Origin: Protoeuglena noctilucae
Taxonomy: Eukaryota
Direction of reading: 5' to 3'
Assembly: GCA_958009085.1 (NCBI GenBank)
Contig: OY253673.1
Span: 558,001-622,000 of the forward strand
DNA length: 64,000 nucleotides
Part shown: piece after piece, positions 12,680-27,946 of the stretch
Numbering within the stretch: the first letter of the stretch is position 1
Layout of the letters: each line of letters starts with the position of its first letter
Translations under genes and position numbers: made by a program
Notes under the pieces: model-generated
The model's input: only the letters and a program-made list of their open reading frames with translations
Told to the model about the DNA's origin: nothing
Database searches by the model: none

Positions 12680-14415
12680 TCACTGCGCTGCCTGCGGCTC
12701 TTTCTCCGAGCCCGCTGCTAACGCCTGCTCAAGCTGGTCCAGCTCTCTCACCATGTGAAGCGGCACGGTCAGACCGTAGACTTTCAGCCACCGCCAAGTA
12801 CCTTGGACGTCATTGTGGGCGCAGAGCGGGGCGCCTCGGAACTCCACGTCCACGCGCCGCCAGGGCAGCGACCGCAGGCGCAGGAAGGCGTCCCTCCTGT
12901 GCGCAAGGCGAGCAGGTGTCGAGCAATGACCTCGTGCAGCTGCGAGGTCGCTCGGTGCCATGCAGCCCAGCACTCACCGCAGCTCCGCCAGCTCCGTGCC
13001 AGGAGGTAGGGGGCGCTTGAGGCCGCGCTTGGCATCGTCTGGGGAAGCACAGGCCCCAGGGGTGCACGCTGCACCTCCATCCACGCCCCGCGGCTGCGTG
13101 CACAAACGACTGACACTGAGCGAGGCCCAGTTAGCGCTCCGCCAGCCCACCGCGCTTCCTCCGCCACACGCATGCACCCGGGCTGGGTCCGTCTCCCAAA
13201 AGGCACAGGCGGGCCGGTCCTCATGAATGATGGAAGAACCCACGAGAGCAGCGGACGAGGACCCATTCAGTGGGGTGCTGGTGCTGCCCCCCTTCGTGGC
13301 TAGCACCGCCGCACCCTCGCCACCCCTGCCCTCCACCGCCACCGCTGCGCCGCCCTTCCCGTTGCCGGACGCCAAGACGATGGGTTCGATGTTGTCCACA
13401 CGTGCACCCTTCTTGTGCACCGGGAGCTCGGATGCGTCACGGATGCTGGCACCCGCCCATGCCACAAGATGGTCTTCACCCGTGTTGGCTGCAGCGGCGA
13501 AGGCACACGCACAACGGTCGGCCTCTACGTCCAGGAGCGCGTCGCAGCCATGGGGCTTGCTGGTGCTGGTTCGGCACCCTCACCGTAGGTGGTGCGCGTG
13601 CGGAAGGCGCAGAGGGCCGAGTAGAAGTACTCTTTGCTGTTTGGATGATCCAGGGTCATCCGGTATAGCAGGGGCTGCTGCCGGTCCCCTGCATGCCATG
13701 GCGGGTGCTGTCGTGACCCCCGCCCAGTGGCACAAGCGCATGTGTCTCTCGCGTGTGACCCCTGCAACGCACCTCCATCAGCCCACAGGAACTGAGAGCC
13801 GGCCAGGCCGATGGCGGCGCGAGCCACGATCGGAGAGAGCGCACGGACGGGCTGCAGGAGGAGGCTCACGCCAGGGAAGCGGCCGAGCCACTCGAGGACG
13901 GGGAGGTCGTGGGGGCTGCCGTGCGTGGCGTCCACGCCCATGTGTGGCGTGGCCATCGTCACAAGGTGACACGGAGCTAGGCCCGCCATCGTGCCGCGAG
14001 AGGGGTCCAACAGGACGCCCGCGGCGTGTCGGGCAATGAGGCCCCCCATGCTGTGCCCCACAAAGCTGATGCGCTTCAGGTCGGGATTGGCCCGCGCCAG
14101 CGAACGGACTTCATCGGCCAGGCGGTGTCCGCACGCCGCGACGCCCTCGAAGGTGGCCGCGCGCGACGACGCGGTCGACACGTGCACCACGGCAGCGCTC
14201 TTCACGTGGCCGTCACTTCGGGGCAACACATGCTCAATCAGGTTCTTCCAATTGAGCGGGGACCTGCATGGTGGTGTGGATGCGTCATCGTCTGGAGGGA
14301 GGAGCTCGTTGCGGACTCTTGTGGCACAATCATCACGCCAGCGCAGTCACCCGAAAAGACCATTGACCAGCACGACCAGGTGATCGCGTTTGGGATCGTG
14401 TATCGAGGTCTGCAT
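12680..14415 (-). CDS. DUF676 putative lipase/serine esterase (alpha/beta hydrolase); may extend further 5'
   Basis: DHLVVLVNGLFG, ISFVGHSMGGLIAR (GxSxG), TMATPHMGV, ALCAFRTRTTYG, GDHLVAWAGASIR. Confidence 0.82.
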
Positions 14416-14810
14416 GGACGCGCGCGCCACACGATAACTTTGCAGCCGAATTCTCCCTTCCCCGGCCCGTGCTGGCCCGGCCGATTGCGGCGGAGAGGAG
14501 GCAGCTTGAAATGTTATATCGCTGAAGATAGAACGGCGCGAGAACGCGTGGCGATTCGAGGAGGGCCCAGCGTAAGGACCAACAGCACGGCAGCAGTGTT
14601 TCTGAGCGCCGTGGCTCGATGATGGCCCTCGGGTCATTGAAACGCTACTCCATACTGAAGGAGGCACAGCGGGGAAGTGCCATTTGTGGGAACAACGACG
14701 GGCAAGAGAAGCCGGCCGTGCAACGACATCGCTGGCATACAGCTGCGGCCGATTTCGGCATCGGAAGCACCGGCAGCTTGACCCTGCTGCCACGAGCGGC
14801 GGCCTGGCGC

Positions 14811-15402
14811 TCACTCCCCTCCCGCCTCTGCCTCCTGCGCCTCCTCGGCTTCCCTGCCCTCCTCCTCCTCGCCCCCGCCAGCCTTCTGCCTACTGCACTC
14901 CTCCAGCCACTTGCAGTACACGTCGATAGGAGCGGAGAGCTTGTGAATGGTGGAACTGAACGACGCTTGGCACTCGCTGCGGCGACAACAAGGGCGAGAG
15001 GTTGCGCCGGGCCGGTGTGGGAAGGCGGGAGGCGTTCATCCTGGCTCCTAAGGAAGTGAGGCATAGCATACAATGAAATCGAGCGGAATCGGATGCCAAC
15101 AGCCGAAACGCAGCCCTCCTGCTCGTCGTGGCGCCAAGCACGGGCGCTTGTCAGGACGCAAGGGCCTCTCACGTACACTGCAGCCTCCCGACGCCATCCT
15201 CCATGTCCATCTTGACGCTCACACACTTCTCGTTGTTGCAAAAAGGGCAGTTGAACTTTGCTGCGGGGGATGGGCGGGGAACAGGTTCCCGGCCTGAAGC
15301 AGCTCAAATGCTCGGCGATGGCGTCGCGATTCGGCACTCACTCTCCACCTTTGGCCGCTTCTTCTTCGGAGGTGGCGCCTTTGTTGCCTTGCGCTTGCCC
15401 AT
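14811..15402 (-). CDS. ELF1: Transcription elongation factor Elf1/ELOF1
   Basis: Spliced MGKRKATKAPPPKKKRPKV..FNCPFCNNEKCVSVKMD..LQCTECQASFSSTIHKLSAPIDVYCKWLEEC plus acidic tail; not present in the ORF track. Confidence 0.9.
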
Positions 15403-15649
15403 GCTCGCAGTCCGGCGTCCGCCGGGGTTGCGGGGCCGGAAGGAGAGCTAGGTTTGAGCCTCAGCTAGCAATGCACGTCGTTCTCCTTCTAGGGTGATAC
15501 GGACCGCAAATGGAGCTGATTAACGCGAAAATGGAAGGGAAAGCCGGCTCAAAATACCCAGCTTTTGACACGTCAGAGGCGCTGCGGCACGCCGCGTTCA
15601 CAGAACAGCCCACCGCCTCTCTAGTCCTAAGGTCACGCGGCGCCGACAG

Positions 15650-17994
15650 TCAAGCTCGCACGGCGGGCTGGGAGGTCTCTAAGGACGCAGAGCCTAAGGC
15701 GACGCGCGGCGGGGCGGGCGGCGAGGCCCCTCCTGCGCCCTCGTCGCCCTCCGCCCCAGGCATCGCCATGCTCCGGGGCATGGCCGCGGCCTGCGCGTAC
15801 TTGAGCGCGAGGGACCCTGCGCCCGCTGCAGCCCCCATAGTGTCGGATGGCGACCCCGTGCGACCGTCCCTCCCGCCGCTGCCCCCCTGCCCCGGCAGCT
15901 GCACGGTCGAGCGGAACGAGTAGCGCGTGGACCCGACCGAGTAGCGCCCCAGCTGCGCCTCCGTGACCTGCGCGTTCAGCCACTGGATCATCTGCTGGTT
16001 GCTCTCCAGCAGCGCCTGCGACTCGTCCAGCTTCTTCTGCTGGTCGGCCGCCCGCGCCTCCAGCACCCGCCGCGCGTGCTCCTCCCGGTCCAGCGCCTGC
16101 TGCAGGTGCAGCGACTCGCGCGTGACCTTCTCGAGCTGCCCCTGGCGCTCGTTGAGCAGCGACTCCTGCTGCGCAATCACGGCCGCCTTGAGCTTCATCT
16201 TGGCGCGCGCCGCCTGCGGGTTGGGGGAAGTAGCGAGGGTCGTGGGCGCGGGCGGCCGGCGGCGACAGCAAGCTGCGCACCTGACCGCCGTCTCGCCTTC
16301 AGGTCCGCTTGCAGGCGGTCGATGATCTGGTTGCCCTTGTCCACCTCGGCCGCCGCCGCGCCCAGCCGCGCCTCCAGGGACCGGTTGGCGCTGCGCACTT
16401 CCGCGAGCGTTTCTGACAGGGACGCCCGTGCGCCCTCGGCGTCCGCCAGCTGCCGCCGCAGCGTCCCGACCATCTCCTCTTGAGCCTTCGCCTGCACAGG
16501 AGGACAAGTACGGCGCATCATGATCCGCCAGCGAGAGCAGATTGCAATGATGGGACCCATGCGCCCACCGCTCCGCACCTGCTGCTGGAGGGCTGCGACC
16601 TCGACCCGCCTCTCGTTCAGCGCCTTCTCCAGCTCCACGCGGACCCCCGCAGCCTCCACGCCGGCGCGCTGCATGCGGTCGGCCTCGTCGCGCAGGGCGC
16701 GCAGCTCGCCGTCCGACGCCCCGAGCCTCGCCGACAGCTCAGACACGCGCGCGTCCAGCGCGTACTTTTGGTCCTGCAGCTCCCGCCGCTGCCGGTCCAG
16801 CTCGGACCCCTTTCTCTCCAGCTCCGCCACCTGCGCCCGCAGCCGCCCCTCGAGCTCCGCCTTGTCCCGGTCCGCCCCCTGCCGCACCTCCTCCAGCTCC
16901 CGCAAGTGGGCCTCCTTAGCCTCCGCCAGGCGCGCGGCCAGGTCCGCCTGCCACCGCACGCGCTCCTTCCCGTACGAGTCCCGCTCCTCCCGCAGCTCCG
17001 AGCTGCTCGCCGCGGCCGCCTGCTGCGTACGCTCCAAATGGCGCTGTGCCTCCTCCAGAGACTCCCTGGGGGCGATGGGAGACCGGCGGGGTGTCTCAAG
17101 AGAGTCGAGATAACCCAGGGTTACCAGCGAGCGCGGGCGGCGACCCACCGGAGGCTCGTGGCCTGGGTGCGCGACTCGGTGAGGCGGGTCGCCAGGTACT
17201 GCTTGACGGCGGCGTCGCTGCCGGGCCGGAAGCCGAGGGAGATGTGCGTGATCTGTTTGAAGAGGTTCGTCTCAATGACGCTGAGACGGGACTCGGAGCC
17301 ACGCACGGCCAACTCGGCGATGAACTTGGCGGGGTCCTCGCCTCGGGCATCGATGCAGAGCTGCGTGAATGGCGCGACGCCATGGGGTCGCTGCGCCCCG
17401 AGAGCACGCCCACCAAGAGCATCGCAAAGAGGCGGGTCTGCCGTGCGGGGCCGGCGGTGCGGGGCGGCGATGCGCGGGCGCGGTGGGGCGGGACACGTGC
17501 CTGCAGAAGCTCGGACAGTTTTTCCGGGAAGGCGTGGAAATCCACGAGGATGCCCTGGTCGACCTTCAAGTGCTGGAAGTCGTCCTCGTTGACCTCGAGC
17601 GTATGCAGGAAATAGAGGTCCCCGTCGCTCGAAACTTGGATGACGAGCACCTGCACGCGCCAAACCCCCCGCGCCGTCAAGCGGGGGCGATGGGCCGCCA
17701 AAGCAGCTGGCGTCGACGTCGTTACTCATGTGCGCGACGGCGGCGCGAATCGCCAGCAGCGCAGGGGCCTTCTGCGCCGGGGGGGCCCGCGACGTGCGCC
17801 GACCCGCGGGGCCCTCTCCGCCCCCGGCCGCGCACCTGGACGCCCCTCCCCTCCTTGCTCCTCCCCAGCGACATGCGGACATTCACATCCTCGACCCGTT
17901 CCGTCTTGTCGGGCGCGCGGATGCGGACGGGCACGCGCTCCTCGTAGACGATGCGCAGCGAGTCGTAGAAGTCCGGGATTTGAGCCCACGACAT
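15650..17994 (-). CDS. SAS6: Centriolar cartwheel protein SAS-6
   Basis: PISA-like head DLYFLHTLEVNEDDFQHLKVDQGILVDFHAFPEKL..LCI..IETNLFKQITHISLGFRPGSDAAVKQYLA followed by a long coiled coil. Confidence 0.92.
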
Positions 17995-18384
17995 GGTCGC
18001 GGCGAGAGCGGGCGCAGGGACGAAGGAGGGAGGCGTGGATCGCTCCCGAGCCCGCGGGAGCCGCCACTTGCGCGCGGGGGGCGCGCTGCAGGTTCGAACT
18101 GTCCAGCGCGGGAAGCCAACAACCCGTGGGAGTCGCGTGGAGGGGCGGGGACCAGCCGCAGCCGCCGACTTCACGCGAAATTGGGACCCTGAGCGCGCGC
18201 GCCCGGCCCGAGTCGCCGTCCTGGCCCCGCCCGGACGTCAGGCTCCGTTTCTGGTGCTCGGGACCGGTGCCGCGCCCTCCTCGCGCCCGCGTCGCATTCT
18301 TGCCCCAGATTTGCGTTCCACATCGATCTTCGTGAGGGACCGTCACCTTACCGTGAAGCCAGAGGCTCGATAGGACTGGGGAGC

Positions 18385-21123
<2,739 letters not shown>

Positions 21124-21282
21124 TGCGCGTAGGGCCGAGTAGCGGCCGAGCCCGCGACGCCTCCCCCGCAGCTGCCCCGTTGATTGCCCCCTAGCCTCTC
21201 GCGCACGGTTCCCGTGCGGGCCCGTAGACGCCCCATTGCCTACGCCCCACGCCTAGCGGACTCGTCACCCGTCCCAGTTCAA

Positions 21283-22919
21283 TCACAGCGCACTGATGCG
21301 CCCGTGGACATACCCCAGGCACTCGTTGCTCGCCACGTACAACAGCTCCTCCTCTAGCGCCGAAGGGTCCGTGACGTCGACACAGGGAATCGAAGACCCG
21401 ACCTCCTCCGTCACCGGGTGGATAACCTGCAGGAACAGTCACGATGGCCCCACGAGCTTCCCACCAGTCACCCTCCGCCATCCTTCACAACATGTTTAGA
21501 CACTTGCAGAGCCTGGCACCGACTGCAGCGCCCTAGGCACTGCGTGACGAACAAACATGCTCACCAGCCGGCCTTGGTCCTCTGTGATCGCCCCCACTTG
21601 CCCGTCCCCTGTGGCGAAGAACCCCAGGCCTCCCACCCCACCGCGCCCGTCCGTCGACGTCACCGGGCCCCCGAACGCCACCGCCCAAACCTCCCCCGCC
21701 CCATGCGCTCCCGACGCTGCTAGCGGCTTGGCGCCGAACCGCATGTCCCACAGGGCGACTGCGGGCGCGAGCGTGGTGGGGACAAGGGTTGCAACACAGA
21801 GCAAGTCATCACATGGAGCGAGTACAGTCGCGCCGGGCCCCACAGCGCACCCGTGCCGTCCAGCGACCCCGACAGGCACGTGTTGGGCCGGGCGGGGTGG
21901 GCCGCTACCGAGCACAGGCGCCCTCCCGCCCATCCCGGGGGCGATACTTGGCACAGGCGTGGCCCCGCGCGGATGTCCCACACCTCCAGGTCCGCCGAAG
22001 AGCTGCGAGGAGCCGTCGGGTAGCCTCAGATGCCACGTAACGTAGCAGGGAAGGGCATCTAGCACTGCAGGGGTCTCACCTGGCCGTGACGACCTCGTGG
22101 TAGCTAACCCAGCACAACGCACGTGCCGTAGCGCCCTTCCGGGGCGGCCCCTTGCTGGTTCCGGCTGGCTCTCCCATGCGCCGCATGTCGTGGAGGTGGA
22201 GAGCGCCGTCAGCACCAGCCGTGGCCAGCCTCAGCTGTCCTGCATGTACGTCCGCCGCCGTGACGCCGCCCGCGTGCAGCACGTCCGTCTCCTGGTAGGA
22301 AACCTGGCGGCCGTCCTCCGGCCCCGATCCCGGGTAGCGCGGCACGACGAGTGTGAGGACGTGGAGGGTGCCGAGAGACGAGCCGCTCACCACCGCGACC
22401 GTGTCGGTGGCCACGTCGCACGTGGCGAGGCAGGTGGGGGCGCCATGGTGGATGAGTGAAAAGAGCCGCTCAAACTCCACGGCGCGGGAAGAGCCCTCGC
22501 GATCGCGCGCGATGCACAGGTTGGCGAGCAAGAGGACGTTCTGCTCAGTTGAAGGGTCGTGTCCCGAGGCGACGACGAGGCGATGGCCAACCAAAGTGCC
22601 ATCTGGACTCTCACCGGCCGGCTGCGGGGCGCAGAGACGGTGGGAGCGAGTGCGCGAGCGAGCTGGCGGCGCACGGGCCGGGCGAGTGGCGCGAGCGGCA
22701 CGCTGGCTGTCCTCACCGCAGCAGGAAGCCAGCGGACCGAAGCCGGCTGTATCCCCAAGTGATGCCGGCTGTGATGCACGATTTCCAAGCCCATCGCCGG
22801 AGATTTCGGTTGGGAACCAGGCAGGAGGCGGTTTGAGTCTCAGGAGTGTGAAATTCGTGTGGCCGATGGCGTGTCTCACAACGCCATCGCAACGTGAGAG
22901 CTGGATATGTGTGCCACAT
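21283..22919 (-). CDS. WD40-repeat protein, Nup43-like nucleoporin
   Basis: WD repeats (LHAGGVTAADVH..LATAGADG; LWDIR; LCSVAAHPARPNTCLSGSLDG; ALWDMR; HGAGEVWAVAF); layout resembles plant Nup43. Confidence 0.6.
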
Positions 22920-23102
22920 GATGCCGGGATCGCGGCAGACCACGCATTTGGCGGGATGCGCACTGGCGCAGGCGTCGCTGGCGTCGGAGAGGAGCGCGGT
23001 GCGCTCGGGAAGCCGTGGGTGCGAACGCTTACTGTGGCGCCGCATTCAGTGGTCCAAGAACTTGTCAGGCTGTCGTCGTTTCGCGGAGAGGCGGGCAGTG
23101 GC

Positions 23103-24461
23103 ATGCAGGGGTGTTGCTGCGCCCCAGTCACCCGGTTTCCCGGTCTCCTTTACGCGACCAAGGGATGTCCGTCTCGATTTGCAAGCGTAGCAAGCCGATG
23201 GGAGGCTGACTGGCGCTGCCGAGGCCACACCAGTCAGCGTAGGGCGCGAGACGCGAGCTGTCTCGCCCTCGGCCGGGAACCGACCGATGAAGGGCAGTCT
23301 TCAGCGATATCCTCATCCTTGGATCCCAAAGAACAGCTCGCGACTCCTGAAACGCCAGGGAAGCCGCTATTGGAGACGCTCCGGGACCTCGACGCAGCCC
23401 TCCTGGTGAGACGCCTGAAATCCATCCCGAAAACTTCGCCACGTGGCCTCCCCGGCCACCTCAACAATCTGCCTGCTGACCGCAGGCCGGGGACGAGAGC
23501 CGGGCAGTGTCTCTGGCGGCAAGTCTGCCCTACTTCGGTCGTGGGCGTCAGGTCGGCAAGCGGCAGTTCGCGCTGGCCGAGGTGCGGCTCAACGGCATCG
23601 AGCCAGACAAGCTCTTGTCCCCCAAGGACGCGACACTGGAGGACGTGCAGCGCAAGCTGCTCCTGGTCGGCGCCGCCCTGGCAGCGACCGCAGCGTACGG
23701 CCTGCATGTCCCTCCCGAGTCGCTCTTCTGGTCTGCCGTGGGCCTCTCCTTCCTCGGCGTCGTCGACCAGGTGGCCTGGAATGGAGGCGGGTGGTCGCTC
23801 GTACTCGACGCCGCCGGCCGCGCCCTCCGCCCCGACTACGCGCAACGGTGAGCGGTGCACCGAGGGGCTGACCCCGGCTTATCTGCTAGCCTCAAGCACC
23901 CAAGTAATCCTGGCCCATCTGCTGGCGCCGAGCAGCCGTTTTCGTTTATCATCCCCCGGTGTTGCTCTCCCCCACAGCGTCGCCATGCATGAGAGCGGGC
24001 ACTTCCTCGTGGCGTACCTGTCGGGCCTGCTGCCGCGGGGCTACACGCTCAGCGCCTTTGACGCCCTCCTCCGGGCTCGCGCGCTCAACGTGCAGGCCGG
24101 GTGCAGCTTCTGCGACGGTGCTTTCCGCGCGGAGGTGTCGTCTGGCAAGGTCCAGTCCGGCAGCATCGACCAGTTCACGATGGTGGCGCTGGCGGGCGTG
24201 GTGTCAGAGTTCCTGCGTTTTGGGGTGGCGGAGGGCGGGCTGGGGGACATCCGGCAGCTGGATGCGCTGCTGCGGGCGGTGGGGTTCTCTCAGCGCAAAG
24301 CAGATGATGAGGTCCGGTGGGCGGTGATCAGCGTGGCAGACATGCTGCGGAGGCACCGCGGCGTGCAAGGGCGCCTGGCTGAGGCCATGCGGCGGGGGGA
24401 GTCGGTCGGGGCTTGCATCGGCGTCCTCGAGGCGGCGTTCGCGCAGAGCGACGATGTCTGA
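23103..24461 (+). CDS. Chloroplast peptidase-M41-like protein (VIR3-like, no AAA domain)
   Basis: LNGIEPDKLLSPKDATLE, TM segments, RVAMHESGHFLVAYLSGLLPRGYTLS..NVQAG, VALAG..AEGGLGDIRQL. Confidence 0.8.
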   Translation: MQGCCCAPVTRFPGLLYATKGCPSRFASVASRWEADWRCRGHTSQRRARDASCLALGREPTDEGQSSAISSSLDPKEQLATPETPGKPLLETLRDLDAALLVRRLKSIPKTSPRGLPGHLNNLPADRRPGTRAGQCLWRQVCPTSVVGVRSASGSSRWPRCGSTASSQTSSCPPRTRHWRTCSASCSWSAPPWQRPQRTACMSLPSRSSGLPWASPSSASSTRWPGMEAGGRSYSTPPAAPSAPTTRNGERCTEGLTPAYLLASSTQVILAHLLAPSSRFRLSSPGVALPHSVAMHESGHFLVAYLSGLLPRGYTLSAFDALLRARALNVQAGCSFCDGAFRAEVSSGKVQSGSIDQFTMVALAGVVSEFLRFGVAEGGLGDIRQLDALLRAVGFSQRKADDEVRWAVISVADMLRRHRGVQGRLAEAMRRGESVGACIGVLEAAFAQSDDV

Positions 24462-24557
24462 GACCACGTTTGACGGCTAAGGAGGTGTTGCTGCCAGCGG
24501 AGTTTTGAAGCGACAGCGACACGGCACCGGCGGGCATCGGCATCGCAATGCCCTCCC

Positions 24558-27508
24558 TCAAGCTCCCTTAGTGCTACCCTCCCTCATGCTACCCGCGCGC
24601 CCCTCCCCCTCCTTGTCAACCTCTTTCGCGGCCTCCTTCGAGACCGCCTCTTTCCCACCCTCTTTTGCTGTTTCCTTTGCTGTCTCCTTCGGCCCCTTTC
24701 CACCCTTGTTGGCCCTGTCCGCCTGCGCTGCCTTCTCTTTCTGCAGGCCAAGGGATGGACATGCCCAGTCACGCTACTTCCCTCGAGGCCCCACGCCCCT
24801 CACCCTCACTTCATGCACCCACGCCCCTCACCCACGCCCCCACGCCCCTCACCCCCACCCAATGCCCCCACGCCCCTCGCCCTCACCTCGAACTTCCGCT
24901 TCCGCTCGACCTTCTCCTCCTCGACCCGCGCCCGGATGCTTTCTGGCAGCATGTCGGGGTACGTGTACTTGACGAGGTCCTCCAGGTCCGGGTTAATGCC
25001 CCCGATGGGGAGCGCCTCTGCGGGGACACTCCCCGCCACGTTCTGCCGGGTACGGTTCAATGCCCTGCAGAGGTGCCGGAGAGCACATTTGTGGCAATGC
25101 TCATAACCACATGCGCGACTGGCCACTTCCGGTTGTCGCTCCGATGGGGCTGCTGTGGCCATTCATGGCCAAGCTCATTTGCCACCAGCGGGAACAGCGA
25201 GCAGAGACATGTCCTCACCGGAACGCCCGCCACTTGAACGTCCCGTCGGACTTGAGCCGGGACGACTCGGGTATGCCCATGTCGGGGTCCATCTGCAATG
25301 CCACGTCCTGCATCAGCGACGTGAGGCCGCGGCTGTGGCCCCGGGACTCCGCGGAGAGACCCTCCAAATTATCGTCCCACAGATTCCACAGCTCGTCGAG
25401 TCCCGGCGCCCCCAGCGACACCGCCCCGCCCTCCCCCATGCGCACGCGCTTGAGCGGCGGCACGGTCGGCTGACCGGCCTCGGGTGGCTCGATGGGCGGC
25501 AGCGGGGCGCGGTGGAAGGTCGCGCACCCCTCGGCGGCCTTCTCCTCCTGCGCACGCGCGGCACAGGATGGCGTGTGGTAAAAAGCACAAGCGCAAAACG
25601 CAGCAAAGCACAAACCGCGACGGCGGAGCACGGACCGGCGGAGCCGTGCACCCCATGGTGCATGAGCGATTGTGTCTTTGCATCCGAATCGTCGCTACTT
25701 GCCTTGTTCTTCGGCTTTGGGGGGTTCTTCCACCTCATCCACACGTCCTCCCTCTTAAGCAGGTCCCGCACGGCCGCCACGAACTCCTTGGCGTGCGGCG
25801 GCGTCGCAGAGAGTTCCCGGAACACCTCCTCCGTCACTGCCTTGAAATCATCCATCTGCTTCGGCTTGAGCTCGTCCCGCGGCTCGCGCGGCATCTGGTA
25901 CCCTCGCAGCAGGAAGAGGCACTGCGGGTGCGGGGCGAGCGAGCGCGGGATTTGCACAACACAAACGTGTACAACACCATAAATCGCAGTGGATAGGGAT
26001 CGCGTTGCGGACGCGGCGATTGCCAGAAGCAACAGCGCGAGGCGCGCGTGGGGAGCAGCGGTGCGCGCGCTTGGCACCTGGAGGAGGAAAATGCGACGGA
26101 AGGCAGAGTCGCGGAGCTGGAGGCCGAAGAGGTGGGGACTCGTGAGGTGGGCCACGGTGACTTCCGAGGAGGCGGACTGGGTGCCCTCGGTGGTGAGGGC
26201 GATGGAGCGGGTGCGGAACTCCTCCAGCACAGCACGAATGTCGGCCACAAGCGTGCTGGACGCCTTGACGCTGCTCACGCCCGCGGCGGGGTCCTGGAAG
26301 ATGGCCTGGAGGCCCCAGAAGCGACGGTAGAAGGCCGCGTCAATGGGGTTGCCCTGCGCACGACACGCGAAGGGCGCGGGGTGAGGTGACGGTGCCCGTT
26401 TACTGATAGCAAGCACTGTGGCACACCACGCCTGGCCGCGCGGGGAGTGGGAGCACGGCTCCACAACCTCGCTTCGCCTCGCCTCGCCTCGGGCGCTTGC
26501 ATCGACTCACCATTGTGTCTTTCTCGCCCTCTTGAACGTCGTAGAGCAGCACCGGGTGGTCCTTGTTGGTGAGGCCCGTCGGGTTGAGGCCCGACTTGTC
26601 GTCCAGGGGGACCAGGCGGATAAGGAAGAGGAGGATGCGGCCACTGCAGGCGCAGGTGGGGCGGTGGGTGTGAACGTCGCCATCTGTGAGGGTCGCCGTC
26701 CGCAAGTGCCAATGCATGTTTGTGATTCACATCGTCCCCCACGCTGTCGCTCACCACAGACGCGTCCCATCCGCCTTAGACAGTCGGCGGAGCAGCTGGT
26801 TGCAGGTGCGGACCGCGATGAGCTTGCCGCGTGCGAGCATGTCCGGATGCCCGAGCTCCTCGGCATGGCCCTCGATCCAGTCGAACACAGATTCGCAATC
26901 GCTCACCATGCATACCTCCACCAGGTCTTCCAGGACTGCGAAAGGGGGCCGGCGCCGCAGCACATCAACTCGGGGCGAGCCACGCGCTGCAGATGCCGTC
27001 TCCTCCGCGCCCAGCATCCCCCGCACCCGCACCTGAGAAAATTAACCCCGGCTCGACGGCTTTCCGCCGCCCCAGCGTCAGCGTCGTGTCCAGGAGCCCA
27101 GGAATCCACGGCCCCTTGCCCGCTGGAGCGAATTGCATCAGCGCGGCCCCCGACTGCGCCGCCTGGCCCGCCAGTCGATGCGCCAGCACTCGCGTCCCAT
27201 CCGCAAGCGCATTCCTCGTTCCCTCCTTGGCCGCGTCCGAGGAGGACTCCTCAGGTCTGCGAACACAGCGTGCCACTGTCTCGGGCGCGACCGCTCGGAT
27301 GCGTGATGTCCCGTGAGGCCACCCACATGATACGCGTGCGTCAGAGGGCGCGATCGACAGCGCAGCTGAGCGCGGCTCACCTCAGCTGAGCCCATTTCGC
27401 GAGAATTGCATCCGCTGCAGCGGCCCCGGGTGCCTCCGTCTCCACGATCTCCTTCAGCAACTCCACGGCCTTGGCAAGCGTGACCTCATAGTCCGGCTGC
27501 ACGGGCAT
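24558..27508 (-). CDS. THOC1: THO complex subunit 1 (THOC1/HPR1)
   Basis: PFAVLEDLVE..CESVFDWIE..RGKLIAVRTCNQLLRRLSK, CGRILLFL..PLDDKSGLN, FYRRFWGLQ, LTSPHLFGLQLRDSAFRR, REDVWMRWK. Confidence 0.92.
24788..24886 (-). repeat. Degenerate CCCACGCCCCT repeats in the last THOC1 intron
   Basis: Four to five copies of cccacgcccc(t); G-rich on the transcribed strand. Confidence 0.55.
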
Positions 27509-27946
27509 CTGTCGCCAAGCAAACCCGTGGAGCGCGGAACGGCGCTGAAGAGCGCGTGCCCCTGGAGGCCGGCGCACACGCCTGCCCGCGCGGCGCGAGG
27601 CACTGTGCTTCCTGTGCCGGGTCACTAAATGCAAGTGTCAGAGCCCCGACAGCGAGAAGGGCGGCAAGGAGCTGGCTGGTGCAGCGGTGAAAGCTGTGCG
27701 GAGAAGTTTGTGGGCCTCAAAGCGCAAGGAGGGGTTCCTGTGGACACTACTTCACGTGGAACGAATGACTGGCAGCAATCGCCTCGCAATCGCTTGAGCA
27801 TCGCCGTCAGAGGCCCGCCAGAAGGCGCTTTGCGTGGCCGTGCATGTTGATGGGTGGCGCGCGGTGCCTGCTCGCCACCAACTCTGACCTGGAATAGCAC
27901 CGGACTTTCCCAGTGTCTGTTGGAAGTGGCCAGCCGAGGACTTTCT